NCBI GenBank assembly: GCA_003153775.1
Contig: PMBI01000043.1
Coordinates: 33,851-97,850 of the forward strand
DNA from: Syntrophaceae bacterium
GTDB taxonomy: Bacteria; Desulfobacterota; Syntrophia; Syntrophales; UBA2185
Length of the DNA stretch: 64,000 nt
Reading direction: 5' to 3'
Shown here: positions 47,685 through 57,051 of the stretch, piece by piece
How positions within the stretch are numbered: position 1 is the stretch's first letter
Layout of the letters: each line of letters starts with the position of its first letter
Program-made: the position numbers and the translations under genes
The notes under the pieces: generated by a model
The model's input: the letters and a program-made list of their open reading frames with translations, nothing else
Told to the model about the DNA's origin: nothing
Database searches by the model: none

Positions 47685-49046
47685 TTATGGCTTCGGTAGT
47701 CCCTCAATGGCCTTCAATGCCCTCCGGATCTCTTCATCCGGCAACTCATAGGCCTCAAGCTTTCCCGATAAATAGGCGTCATAAGCCGCAAGATCAACAA
47801 GGCCGTGGCCGCTCCAATCGAAGAGGATGACCTTCTCCTTGCCTTCTTCTTTCGCCTTCATGGCCACATCCACCACAGCGGCGATGGCGTGATTCGTTTC
47901 CGGCGCCGGTATAAAACATTCGGTCCGGGCCCACTTCACGCCTGCATCAAAGGTCTCCATCTGATTATATGCCCTCGCCTCAACCAGTTTTTCATTGACG
48001 AGGTGGCTGACGATGGGGGCCATGCCGTGATAGCGTAATCCTCCCGCATGGATTGGCGCCGGCACAAAATCATGCCCTAAGGTATGCATGGGAAGGAGGG
48101 GCGTCAATTTGGCGAGGTCACCGAAGTCATAGGCAAATGGTCCTTTGGTCATGGTCGGGCAGGAGGTCGGTTCCGCGGCAATGATCTGGACTTTCTTGCC
48201 ATGAATCTTATCTCTTGCGTACGGAAGAGCTATCCCGGCAAAATTGCTTCCGCCGCCTGCACAGCCTATCACGACATCGGGATATACGCCTATCTTCTCC
48301 ATCTGCTTCTGCGCCTCCAGGCCTATGATGGTCTGGTGCAAGAGGACGTGATTCAACACACTACCGAGGGAATAGCGCGAGTCTTTATGGGTGACGGCAT
48401 CTTCAACAGCTTCACTGATGGCAATGCCAAGGCTGCCAGGCGAATCCGGGTGTTCCGCCAGCACCTGCCTTCCCGCGTTTGTCATGGTGCTCGGACTGGG
48501 GATGCATTCTGCTCCCCAGGTATTCATCATCATGCGACGGTAAGGCTTCTGCTCGTAGCTGACCCTCACCATGTATACCCTGCATTCAAGATCGAATATC
48601 TTGCATGCCATGGCCAGCGCGCTTCCCCATTGGCCTGCCCCGGTTTCCGTAGCGAGCCGCTTAATTCCAAAGACTTTATTATAATAGGCCTGGGCAATGG
48701 CTGTATTCGGCTTATGGGAACCGGCAGGGCTGACACCTTCATTCTTGTAGTATATCTTAACAGGAGCGCCCAAGAGTTTCTCAAAATTAAAGGCCCGGTA
48801 AAGTGGTGTCGGCCGCCATAGGAGATATTTCTCCAGGACAGGTTCGGGAATGTCGATCCAGCGTTGTTGGCTAACTTCCTGTTCTATGAGATTCATGGGA
48901 AAGACAGGGGATAGATCGTCAGGCCCAACAGGCTTCCCTGTTCCCGGATGAAGGGGTGGCTTCATGGGAGTCGGCAAGTCAGCCTGGATGTTGTACCATT
49001 GCTTCGGTATCTCGTTGTCGTTCAATACTACCTTGACCTGTTCCAT
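47685..49046 (-). CDS. TrpB-like PLP-dependent enzyme (tryptophan synthase beta chain 2 type)
   Basis: The long TrpB2-type N-terminus ([13 protein letters not shown]) is present. The PLP lysine context is [14 protein letters not shown], and [11 protein letters not shown] also matches. The start is set at the ATG at 49046, which is preceded by AAAGGAGAA. The listed ORF begins at 49085. Confidence 0.85.
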   Translation of the reverse strand: MEQVKVVLNDNEIPKQWYNIQADLPTPMKPPLHPGTGKPVGPDDLSPVFPMNLIEQEVSQQRWIDIPEPVLEKYLLWRPTPLYRAFNFEKLLGAPVKIYYKNEGVSPAGSHKPNTAIAQAYYNKVFGIKRLATETGAGQWGSALAMACKIFDLECRVYMVRVSYEQKPYRRMMMNTWGAECIPSPSTMTNAGRQVLAEHPDSPGSLGIAISEAVEDAVTHKDSRYSLGSVLNHVLLHQTIIGLEAQKQMEKIGVYPDVVIGCAGGGSNFAGIALPYARDKIHGKKVQIIAAEPTSCPTMTKGPFAYDFGDLAKLTPLLPMHTLGHDFVPAPIHAGGLRYHGMAPIVSHLVNEKLVEARAYNQMETFDAGVKWARTECFIPAPETNHAIAAVVDVAMKAKEEGKEKVILFDWSGHGLVDLAAYDAYLSGKLEAYELPDEEIRRALKAIEGLPKP

Positions 49047-49132
49047 ATCATGTTCTCCTTTGGTATTTATTGAGAGCTTTGCCAAACCCTGCTCTTGTCA
49101 TTATTTCTTATCAAAGCCGGCGACACTCCCAG

Positions 49133-50338
49133 TTATACTTCGAGGTTCGAAAGCAACCCTTTATGCCTTCGATACCATAAGTTGGGAAATATTTTGTACA
49201 GCACCCTCGAGAAGGGCCCGATATACTCTCTCGTTCTTCTGTCGAACTGGCACGCCTGGATGATCTGCTCCTTGATATCCTTTTTATGCCCCACTTCATT
49301 AAATATCTTATAGGCGCAGTGAAAAAGCGGACTGTACATATTTTTCTTTTCAAGATATTTATTTACGTTTCTTATGGTATTAGGCCCTTCCGGTGTGCCG
49401 TCGATCTTCTCAAGCACCTTGATATTCGTTTCAATGGGATTCCCTGTATATAATTCGTAATAAAATTTCCCATACCGGTAATTCTTGCTCGCGACGGATG
49501 ACAAGGTTATATACATATCCCCGACACCCGCCTGGCTGTGAAACGCCTGGAAACCGCCGCCAAGTAATTTTGCGAGCGATCGTATCTCCACGCCAGACCT
49601 GGCAAATATGGTGCCTGGGATTGAATCGCCAAGATCCAAAGAATGCAGGACTCCCATGATATTTGCCACAATGTTCTTAAGAGCGCCGCACGCCTCTACC
49701 CCGACAATATCGAAATTATAGAAAGATGTGAATTCTCTGCGGTTGAACCTGATGATCTCATCCCTTATTATTTTCGCGATACTTTTGTTCCCTGCCACGG
49801 TGACGCACACGGGTTGCCCCAGCATGATATCCATATCAAAGAAGGGGCCGCCGATACACACCACCTCATACTTTTCCTTCAAGTTGAACAGGTTATTATT
49901 AATCAATTGCGACGGCGTGATCAGTTCCTTCGTGATCTCATCGGAAATAAGACCCTTGATAGGAGTGACAAGGCACGTGTCTCCCGCTTTCTTTTCAAGC
50001 ATCGGCTTCAGGTAATCTAGAAACTCCGGAAGCCTGTTCATGGTGATGGTAAGAAAAATGAAATCGTTATCATCAACTACACGCTCCAGGTCATTCGTTG
50101 CATAGACCGTGGGAGATAACCTGGGCACATTATCCATGCCGCCGAGTCTGCGCGCAAGCTCCTTGGTAAGGTGTTTGGGATTGAGGTGATCTGCATTGAT
50201 TGCCCGGCATACGTCGGTATCATGATAATAGAGGGTTACCCTTTTATTATCCCTGCCGAACTTATACGCGAGGGACGTACCGAGCCTCCCCGGCCCGATA
50301 ATGCCTATCCTGCCCGTATCTAAATTTCTTATCCTCAT
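49133..50338 (-). CDS. NAD(P)H-dependent glycerol-3-phosphate dehydrogenase family protein (divergent, with C-terminal extension)
   Basis: The N-terminal Rossmann fold is IGIIGPGRLGTSLA. GALKNIVANIMGV and AGVGDMYITLSS resemble the GpsA C-terminal domain. The 401-aa length is longer than usual. Confidence 0.6.
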   Translation of the reverse strand: MRIRNLDTGRIGIIGPGRLGTSLAYKFGRDNKRVTLYYHDTDVCRAINADHLNPKHLTKELARRLGGMDNVPRLSPTVYATNDLERVVDDNDFIFLTITMNRLPEFLDYLKPMLEKKAGDTCLVTPIKGLISDEITKELITPSQLINNNLFNLKEKYEVVCIGGPFFDMDIMLGQPVCVTVAGNKSIAKIIRDEIIRFNRREFTSFYNFDIVGVEACGALKNIVANIMGVLHSLDLGDSIPGTIFARSGVEIRSLAKLLGGGFQAFHSQAGVGDMYITLSSVASKNYRYGKFYYELYTGNPIETNIKVLEKIDGTPEGPNTIRNVNKYLEKKNMYSPLFHCAYKIFNEVGHKKDIKEQIIQACQFDRRTREYIGPFSRVLYKIFPNLWYRRHKGLLSNLEV

Positions 50339-50710
50339 GATGTATGTTCTTTGAGCCTTATGTTCTTCTACTTAGCGATCGAGCCGCTGTGACTTCTCTA
50401 TTGCAAGACTTCCCCTCTCCTTGAGTAAATGAGGGGCGTTGTAAGATTCCATCCGATCCAGAACGCGGATTATAGGTAAAAGAAGACCCCGATGTCAAAC
50501 ATTAATACGTACAACCCGATTTTCAGTTTATCTCCCTATCCCCTTGCTTTTTTATTCTTGTTACCACAATATACCAGGAGCATAAAGCCCATACCATATT
50601 GATTTCCATTATTAATTGCTTTTCAATTTTTGTTGAAATAAGTTAATATCTGATAAATTTTTTTATCAAAGCTAATTTGGTATTGTTGTCAGTATGAATG
50701 AAAGGAAGCT

Positions 50711-51316
50711 ATGCGTGATGTGAAACCACCCTTCAAATTCGATTTGCGTGATCTACTTGCTCGGGCCAGGCAAAAGATTAATGATCGTGTCTCCGGAGTA
50801 TCGATAAAGATTCCCTTCCTCACCTTCTCAGTTCAGCCCGAAGCAACAGAGACGAGGGTTGCCAAAGAGATAGTCATACGTCTTGCGAACCGTCGAGTTT
50901 TAAACACATTTGAATGCTGCGATGCCTGTATCGACAAAGCCTTGGGGTCTCTCCATGAAATACGTTCCTTGTTGGTCGACAAGCAGGTGGAACTATCAAA
51001 TTTCGCCAACGGGCCTTTGTATCTTATTGTCGAACTCATGTTAGAGGCCATCAGACAATTCTTTACATTCGAAGAACGTCTGCGCAATCATAGGGATTCA
51101 GTGTTTGAATTGCCCGGCCATTTCCGACCATCTGACAGCAGAGAACCATATTTTGCCGCGCTGGAAATGCTCAGGGCACATCTTCACAGATGCTTGTTCC
51201 ATGTATCAATAATTGCAGGAACAGACATACCCAAGATTGCAGATCACATGCAATATGATCAAGCATGGCAACTTGAAGCATATGAAAAACCAGCTATAGA
51301 TGATGGAAAAGCATGA
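50711..51316 (+). CDS. hypothetical protein
   Basis: This 201-aa ORF has a GGAAG RBS. It is preceded by a ~370-bp AT-rich intergenic region. I recognise no domain. Confidence 0.45.
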   Translation: MRDVKPPFKFDLRDLLARARQKINDRVSGVSIKIPFLTFSVQPEATETRVAKEIVIRLANRRVLNTFECCDACIDKALGSLHEIRSLLVDKQVELSNFANGPLYLIVELMLEAIRQFFTFEERLRNHRDSVFELPGHFRPSDSREPYFAALEMLRAHLHRCLFHVSIIAGTDIPKIADHMQYDQAWQLEAYEKPAIDDGKA

Positions 51317-51445
51317 ATTACGGAGAACTGTAAATAAGTCCATGCAGCCAATCACCGATAAAGCCGGCTGCCAGTGACTCCGACGCTTTATTTATTTGAA
51401 TCAGCGTATCAACTTTAACTAAGAATCCTAACTGAGGAGTTTGTT

Positions 51446-51640
51446 ATGGCACTATTGAAGGAAGGTGTGGTTCCCATCGGGCGAACGATGTTTATACCCA
51501 AGGAGGGGGGCTTGACGAAGGACAGCCTGGAGGTTGAATCGAACGGCCAGTATCAGATTGTTGAAAGACCCGACCGTTTCGAGATCAAGAACGCTGAATG
51601 CTGCAGAAGCATCATTATCAAGGTCAAGACAAAAGAATAA
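51446..51640 (+). CDS. hypothetical small protein
   Basis: This 64-aa ORF is preceded by GAGGAG 7 nt upstream. I recognise no family. Confidence 0.4.
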   Translation: MALLKEGVVPIGRTMFIPKEGGLTKDSLEVESNGQYQIVERPDRFEIKNAECCRSIIIKVKTKE

Positions 51641-51722
51641 TTCCCGGCAAGGGGAGCGGAAATATACCCGCGGCCGTGAGGCACTATGATCTATTTATGC
51701 CCTCGTGCGATCAGCGGAAACG

Positions 51723-52289
51723 TTAGGATACAATCTTCAGCATCTTTGGTTCGTTCCTCGGAGAAGGCTCCGGTATGTTCTTCGGGTAGCCGATGATTAT
51801 AGGAGCCACTATCCTGCAACCCTTGGGGATGCCTATTTCCCGCATGAGTTCCGGAGTCCTCACGTTTGTTCCCAAACCTATCCAGCAGGTTCCCAATCCA
51901 CGCGCTGCGGCAGTGAGCATGAAGTAGCAGGCAAAAAGGGAGCAGTCCACATCGAGCGACCGGTAGTCCCGGGGACCAATCACGTAAACCAGGCAGGGGG
52001 CATTGTAGAAGACATTAAATTCCTTGTTTCGCAGAATGTCTTCATACTTCTTGGCTGGAGAGTCTGGATTTTGGGCAATATCGGAAAGGAGATTTTTCTT
52101 GCTCTCATCAGATAGCCTTTTCATGGTCTCCTTCCGGTTGATGACGACAAACTGCCAGGGCTGACCATTGCCTGAACTCGGGGCGAGACATGATTCCCTG
52201 ATGATGTCCGTGACTGTCTCCACCGGAACCTCTTTCTCCTCATAATCACGAATGGACCTTCTATTCTTCAATAGTTCCTGGACTTCCAT
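51723..52289 (-). CDS. nitroreductase family protein
   Basis: RRSIRDY, APSSGNGQPWQF and the rest of the nitroreductase fold are present. The start is set at the ATG at 52289, which is preceded by AAAGGAG. Confidence 0.85.
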   Translation of the reverse strand: MEVQELLKNRRSIRDYEEKEVPVETVTDIIRESCLAPSSGNGQPWQFVVINRKETMKRLSDESKKNLLSDIAQNPDSPAKKYEDILRNKEFNVFYNAPCLVYVIGPRDYRSLDVDCSLFACYFMLTAAARGLGTCWIGLGTNVRTPELMREIGIPKGCRIVAPIIIGYPKNIPEPSPRNEPKMLKIVS

Positions 52290-52326
52290 GATAGTCTCCT
52301 TTCGCATACGCGGCTTACATCCTGCA

Positions 52327-53445
52327 TCACTCGCCTGGGATTGACAATAATTTTTTTCTTATGACGTGAATGGCTGTCGCCTTGAAGGACGCCGTAATAT
52401 CCATGCCCGGGTGCATAGACAGATCTTCGCGGGCATGATTGGTCACGTAGGTAACCAGCGGGAAACCACAATCAAGTTCTACTTTATAGAATGCGCCGGA
52501 AGGGATAATCTTCTTTACCACACTTGAGAATACATTTCGGGCGCTGGTAATTTCGTTCGAGAAACCCGTCGACACAGTCACATTCTCCGGGCGGATACAG
52601 AGAATTACGGACTCGCCGGGGCTTGCATCGCCCACGGCTTCAACCTCCCTGCCTGCGACGGAAACTGAAAATGTTCCTGCATTCCTTCTTATGACTTTCC
52701 CAGTCAGAATCGTCTCCGTCCCGACAAAAGAAGCAACAAATTCATCCACAGGATGGTTCATCACTTCTGCGGGAGGCCCTATCTGCATAATCCTTCCTTC
52801 GCTCATTACGGCGATCTGATCCGACAGCCTCAGGGCCTCCATCTGATCATGGGTCGCCATTATGGTTGTTGTTCTTGTCTCATGGAGAATCAACTCCAGG
52901 TCTCCCATCAGGGATTCACGGGTCGGCGCGTCAAGGGACGAGAAAGGCTCGTCAAGGAAAATTATTTCAGGCCTTATGGCAAAGGCGCGCGCAAGGCTCG
53001 TCCGCTGCGCTTCCCCGCCGGAAAGTTTCCGGGCTGAGCGCTTGGCGAGATGGCCGATGCCGAAACGTTCCAGGTATTCCTCGACGACGCGTTTCACTTC
53101 GTTCTGATTCACGCTGCGAATCTTCAAACCCGCTGCCACATTTTCAAAGACCGTTGTATCAAAGAGAAGGGGTTCCTGAAATACCATGGCAAGATTTCTT
53201 CGATATGCGGAGAGAGAATAATTTGCGCCCACCCTTTTCCCTCGGAAGATAATATCGCCCTGAGATGATTTCAAGAGACACGATAAGGCCAAGAGCAGCG
53301 ACGACTTGCCGGCGCCGTTAGGCCCGATAAGACAGAGGACTTCGCCTTCGGGAACGCCGAGATAGGAAATATCCAGAACCGATACCCCGCCCCTTTTAAC
53401 CTGGAGATTTTTCGCCTCAAGGATGGTGGACTTTTCGGAGTTCAT
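52327..53445 (-). CDS. tupC: tungstate/molybdate ABC transporter ATP-binding protein with C-terminal TOBE-like domain
   Basis: It has Walker A GPNGAGKSS, the signature LSGGEAQR, Walker B IIFLDEP and a C-terminal ~120-aa beta domain. The gene is part of the tup cluster. Confidence 0.8.
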   Translation of the reverse strand: MNSEKSTILEAKNLQVKRGGVSVLDISYLGVPEGEVLCLIGPNGAGKSSLLLALSCLLKSSQGDIIFRGKRVGANYSLSAYRRNLAMVFQEPLLFDTTVFENVAAGLKIRSVNQNEVKRVVEEYLERFGIGHLAKRSARKLSGGEAQRTSLARAFAIRPEIIFLDEPFSSLDAPTRESLMGDLELILHETRTTTIMATHDQMEALRLSDQIAVMSEGRIMQIGPPAEVMNHPVDEFVASFVGTETILTGKVIRRNAGTFSVSVAGREVEAVGDASPGESVILCIRPENVTVSTGFSNEITSARNVFSSVVKKIIPSGAFYKVELDCGFPLVTYVTNHAREDLSMHPGMDITASFKATAIHVIRKKLLSIPGE

Positions 53446-54140
53446 CGCGGCCGCTCTCTCTGCTGTATCTGGGTCAGGATGGCATTGATGAAGAAGGCGA
53501 GGAGCAGCAGGATGATCCCGAGGGCCATGGCGATATCAAAATTGCCTTTGCTTGTTTCCATGACCGTCGCCGTGGTCAGGACGCGCGTGTATCCCTTGAT
53601 ATTTCCACCGACCATGATGGAAGCTCCGACTTCAGAGATGACGCCGCCGAACCCTGCCATGATGGCCGCCAGGAGCGGGAGGCGGGCCTCCTTAATAAGA
53701 ATCCACACCATCTGAAGACGTGTTGCACCGAGGGCTAGGATCTGCAATCTGAGGTTAGCGGGAAGATTCTGTATGGCAGCAAGGCTTATGCCCATCACTA
53801 TGGGTGTAGCAATAACGGCCTGCGCAATGATGATGGCAGTTGGCGTGTAGAGGATCTCGAGAAAACCGAGAGGTCCGTTTCGCCAGAGGAAGATAGTAAC
53901 AAAGAGACCCACCACCACCGGAGGCAGGCCCATCCCCGTATTGATCAGGCTGATGACAATCCTACGCCCGGGAAACTGGGTAAGGGCGATGATGGTCCCT
54001 ACTGATACCCCGATCAGCAGGCTGATAAGCGTCGCTATCCCGGACACCTTAAGGGAAAGCCAAGTAATGCCTATGACTTCAGGATCGAGAGTGAAGAGAA
54101 GAATAAAGGCCTGTTTTATTCCTTCGATAATGATGTCCAT
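53442..54140 (-). CDS. tupB: tungstate ABC transporter permease
   Basis: This 232-aa five- or six-TM permease carries an EAA-like loop (ALGATRLQMVWILIKEARLPLL). Its end overlaps the tupC start. Confidence 0.8.
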   Translation of the reverse strand: MDIIIEGIKQAFILLFTLDPEVIGITWLSLKVSGIATLISLLIGVSVGTIIALTQFPGRRIVISLINTGMGLPPVVVGLFVTIFLWRNGPLGFLEILYTPTAIIIAQAVIATPIVMGISLAAIQNLPANLRLQILALGATRLQMVWILIKEARLPLLAAIMAGFGGVISEVGASIMVGGNIKGYTRVLTTATVMETSKGNFDIAMALGIILLLLAFFINAILTQIQQRERPR

Positions 54141-54185
54141 GAACTATTGCCTATAGAAAAAACTCACATCATGAAAAACGCATTA

Positions 54186-55055
54186 TCATTTGCCGAGAGC
54201 GTCTTCTTTCTTGCCGGCATCCGGGAAGAACAAGGGCGAACCATATTTCTCCACACCGAATTTTCTGATAATATCCTGAGTCTGCCTCCCGACCATGAAA
54301 TCGGAAAATGCTTTTGCACCGGCGCTGTTCACCTTGGGCCATTTGGTAGGATTAACCTCGATGACATGGTAGATATTGAGAAGGACGGCATCCCCTTCCG
54401 CCAGGATATCGAGGCCGAGATTTTTCTTCAAAGCCAGATACGTTCCCCGGTCCGCAAGGGTATATGTTTTTTTCTCGGCGGCGACATTCAGCGTCTGTCC
54501 CATTCCGAGGCCTGTCTGTTGGTACCACTTTTGTCCTTCCGAGTTTATCCCCGCAGCCTTCCAGACGGACTTTTCTTTCGCATGGGTTCCCGAATTGTCT
54601 CCACGTGACATAAAGACGGCATTTGCGGAAGCAATCTTCCTGAAGGCATCAATAGACGACCTTGATCCCTTGATCCCCGCCGGGTCTGACTTCGGTCCCA
54701 AAATAATAAAATCATTATGCATGACGAGCCTTCTATTGACGCCATAACCATCCGCCATGAACTTCTTCTCCGCTTCCTGCGAATGAACCAGGAGCACATC
54801 TGCTTCTCCCTTTTGGCCCATGGCCATCGCCTGGCCGGAGCCCACGGCAATGGTCTTGACAAAATAGCCGGTTGTCTTTTCAAAGATGGGCAAGAGGACA
54901 TCCAGAAGACCCGAGTCCTGGGTGCTCGTGGTTGTTGCAAGAATAATATTTTTCTGCTGAGGCTGCGCAGCAATTGCAGGCAACGCACAGAATACAACGG
55001 ACATGACGGATATGATCAGTGCAATCAAACAAGTGCGATCAAGTCTTTTCATCAT
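54186..55055 (-). CDS. tupA: tungstate ABC transporter substrate-binding protein
   Basis: It has a signal peptide. The TupA anion-binding motif is LATTTSTQDSGLL, followed by GSGQAMAMG and RGDNSGTH. Confidence 0.82.
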   Translation of the reverse strand: MMKRLDRTCLIALIISVMSVVFCALPAIAAQPQQKNIILATTTSTQDSGLLDVLLPIFEKTTGYFVKTIAVGSGQAMAMGQKGEADVLLVHSQEAEKKFMADGYGVNRRLVMHNDFIILGPKSDPAGIKGSRSSIDAFRKIASANAVFMSRGDNSGTHAKEKSVWKAAGINSEGQKWYQQTGLGMGQTLNVAAEKKTYTLADRGTYLALKKNLGLDILAEGDAVLLNIYHVIEVNPTKWPKVNSAGAKAFSDFMVGRQTQDIIRKFGVEKYGSPLFFPDAGKKEDALGK

Positions 55056-55099
55056 TTTACCTCCTGATAAACAACATTATCTTAATACGAACTTTACGG

Positions 55100-55972
55100 C
55101 TATTTTTTCCCCTGCGCTTTCATCCATTCTTTTGAATTCGGAAAAAACAAAGGGGCTCCGAACTTGTCTTTTCCGAAATCACGGATGATCTTCTGGCCTT
55201 TCTCCGGAGAGGTTAACCATGCAACAAAGGTTTGGACATCTTTCTCGTTCACCCTCGGACATTTTTTCACATTAACCGGTATGAGGGAAATATAATTCAG
55301 CAGCGCCTCATCCTTTTCAACAAGAATGATAAGCTTGATTTGATTCTTTATCGATAGATAGGTCGCCCTGTCCATCACCGTATAAGCCCGCTGCTGGTCC
55401 GTGTAACGGAGCGTCGGGACGTTTCCCTCTGCTCCCTTCTCGTAGATCTTGTACCAGGCGCCGGACGGCTTGATCCCCGCTTTCGCCCAGAGCTCCATTT
55501 CCGCCACATGGGTACCCGATTTGTCTCCACGGCTTATGAAGGCAGCGCCGGTCTCAGAAATTTTTCTCAGGGCCTCTGTTGCGACGCTTAAGCCTTTGAT
55601 GCCTGCCGGGTCCTTCTCCGGACCGACTATGACAAAATCGTTGTACATCAGGGGAATTCTCTCCGTTCCGAAACCATCCCTGATGAATTTCTCTTCGAGC
55701 GATTTTGCATGCACCAAAACCAGGTCGACATTCCCCTGCTCTGCGATTTTCAGGGCCGCCCCTGTCCCCGCACCCACATGCCGCACGCGGATTCCCGTCT
55801 CTTTCTCGAATTGATCTTCAAGGACATTTACAATGCCGGCATCAATGGGCCCGATCGTGCTGGCCAGCAGGATGAACTTCCCGGTCTGCGCCATGGATGA
55901 TCCCGGGAAGACCACGGCCAGCAAAAATAAGCAGCAGCATAACCACTTTGTCATTTGAAATTCTCTTTTCAT
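55100..55972 (-). CDS. TupA-like oxyanion-binding periplasmic protein, divergent paralog
   Basis: It aligns along its whole length with the adjacent TupA (RGDKSGTH, VGPEKDPAGIKG), but the TTTST motif is replaced by ASTIGP. It has a signal peptide, and an alternative start at M7. Confidence 0.75.
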   Translation of the reverse strand: MKREFQMTKWLCCCLFLLAVVFPGSSMAQTGKFILLASTIGPIDAGIVNVLEDQFEKETGIRVRHVGAGTGAALKIAEQGNVDLVLVHAKSLEEKFIRDGFGTERIPLMYNDFVIVGPEKDPAGIKGLSVATEALRKISETGAAFISRGDKSGTHVAEMELWAKAGIKPSGAWYKIYEKGAEGNVPTLRYTDQQRAYTVMDRATYLSIKNQIKLIILVEKDEALLNYISLIPVNVKKCPRVNEKDVQTFVAWLTSPEKGQKIIRDFGKDKFGAPLFFPNSKEWMKAQGKK

Positions 55973-55987
55973 GGATAGGTCTCTCTT

Positions 55988-56908
55988 TCAGTCTTGTGTT
56001 GAATACAAGACTTTCCCTGAGTCCTTAAAGTCGTACCCGCCCAGCTTTTCGACGCGCCTCCGAAAATCCCTTGACTTGAGAACCTCCATGAGGGCCTGGA
56101 CGCCCTTGGTAAAAAAAGTCGATTGCTCGAGGATCATATCGAAGTTCTCCCGCGTAATGGGAACAAAAGAAAGACCCAGGAGTTTAGCCACGGGAGCGGT
56201 TGCTATGCCTGCATCAGCTTCCTTTGACAGAACAGCAAGACCCACTTCGAAATGCGTAAAGACCTCCATATCGTAGCCGGAGATATTACGGCTCGAAATA
56301 CCCATATTGTCCATATGGTAATCAAGAAGAACCCGTGTTCCGGATCCCTTCTGCCGGTTCACAATTTTCACCCCTTTTTTCGCGAGATCGGCAAAGCCGC
56401 TGATATGCAAAGGGTTGCCATGAGCCGCGATCAATCCCACCTCTCTGTGGAAGAGGTTGACTACCACGGCTTTTATATTAGGCAGGTACGCAGACAGATA
56501 AGGAATATTGTACCGGCCGCTTTTCGCGTCAAGCAGGTGGGACCAGGCAATGTCGGTAAAACCCATATTGAGGGCCTTAAGTCCCTCTGTGCTGCCTGTA
56601 TTTGCAGAAAAGATATAAAAATCGGGGTGACGCTTTTTTATGTAAGTTTGCAGCATGTCGAGGATGGGATCGTTGCTTCCCGATGCCAGGAGCCCCCCTT
56701 CTATCCGCCTGCTCTTCTTTCTTGCCTGTTTGACCCCTTGCTTCGCATTCACTTCAATCCATTCATCAATTAATCTCTTAGGGAATATCCACTTTCCCGT
56801 GACCCTGGTGGCAGGAATCCTTCCGGATTTGGTGAGGCTGTATACCTGTTTTTCATGAATATCGAGGTAGCGGGCCACCTCCTTGGTGTTCATCACTTCC
56901 TCTGACAT
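55988..56908 (-). CDS. excisionase/MerR-type HTH fused to periplasmic-binding-protein-like domain (TunR-like tungstate/molybdate-responsive regulator)
   Basis: The N-terminus, MNTKEVARYLDIHEKQVYSLTKSGRIPATRVTGKWIFPKRLIDEWI, is an excisionase-family HTH. The rest is PBP-like. As far as I recall, this architecture and genomic context match the TunR family described in sulfate reducers. Confidence 0.65.
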   Translation of the reverse strand: MSEEVMNTKEVARYLDIHEKQVYSLTKSGRIPATRVTGKWIFPKRLIDEWIEVNAKQGVKQARKKSRRIEGGLLASGSNDPILDMLQTYIKKRHPDFYIFSANTGSTEGLKALNMGFTDIAWSHLLDAKSGRYNIPYLSAYLPNIKAVVVNLFHREVGLIAAHGNPLHISGFADLAKKGVKIVNRQKGSGTRVLLDYHMDNMGISSRNISGYDMEVFTHFEVGLAVLSKEADAGIATAPVAKLLGLSFVPITRENFDMILEQSTFFTKGVQALMEVLKSRDFRRRVEKLGGYDFKDSGKVLYSTQD

Positions 56909-56986
56909 ATCTCCCCCTTGATGAAAAAATTGAACATCATATGAAAAGCTAATTCAATCATCCGCGGAGGTCAAGGAAATTTAGGT

Positions 56987-57020
56987 AATAACAAAGAGCC
57001 CCGTTAGTCCACCGGGGCTC
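56987..57020 (-). terminator. intrinsic (bidirectional-looking) terminator after the porin gene
   Basis: The stem is GAGCCCCG (56996-57003) / CGGGGCTC (57013-57020). On the minus strand it is followed by TTTGTTATT, and on the plus strand by TTTT. Confidence 0.7.
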
Positions 57021-57051
57021 TTTTCAGTGTAATGGAACTTATGCAGCCAGA

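Noticed and set aside
48084-48821. A 245-aa plus-strand ORF.
   Set aside because: It is antisense to the TrpB2-type gene, and its composition is that of a shadow frame.
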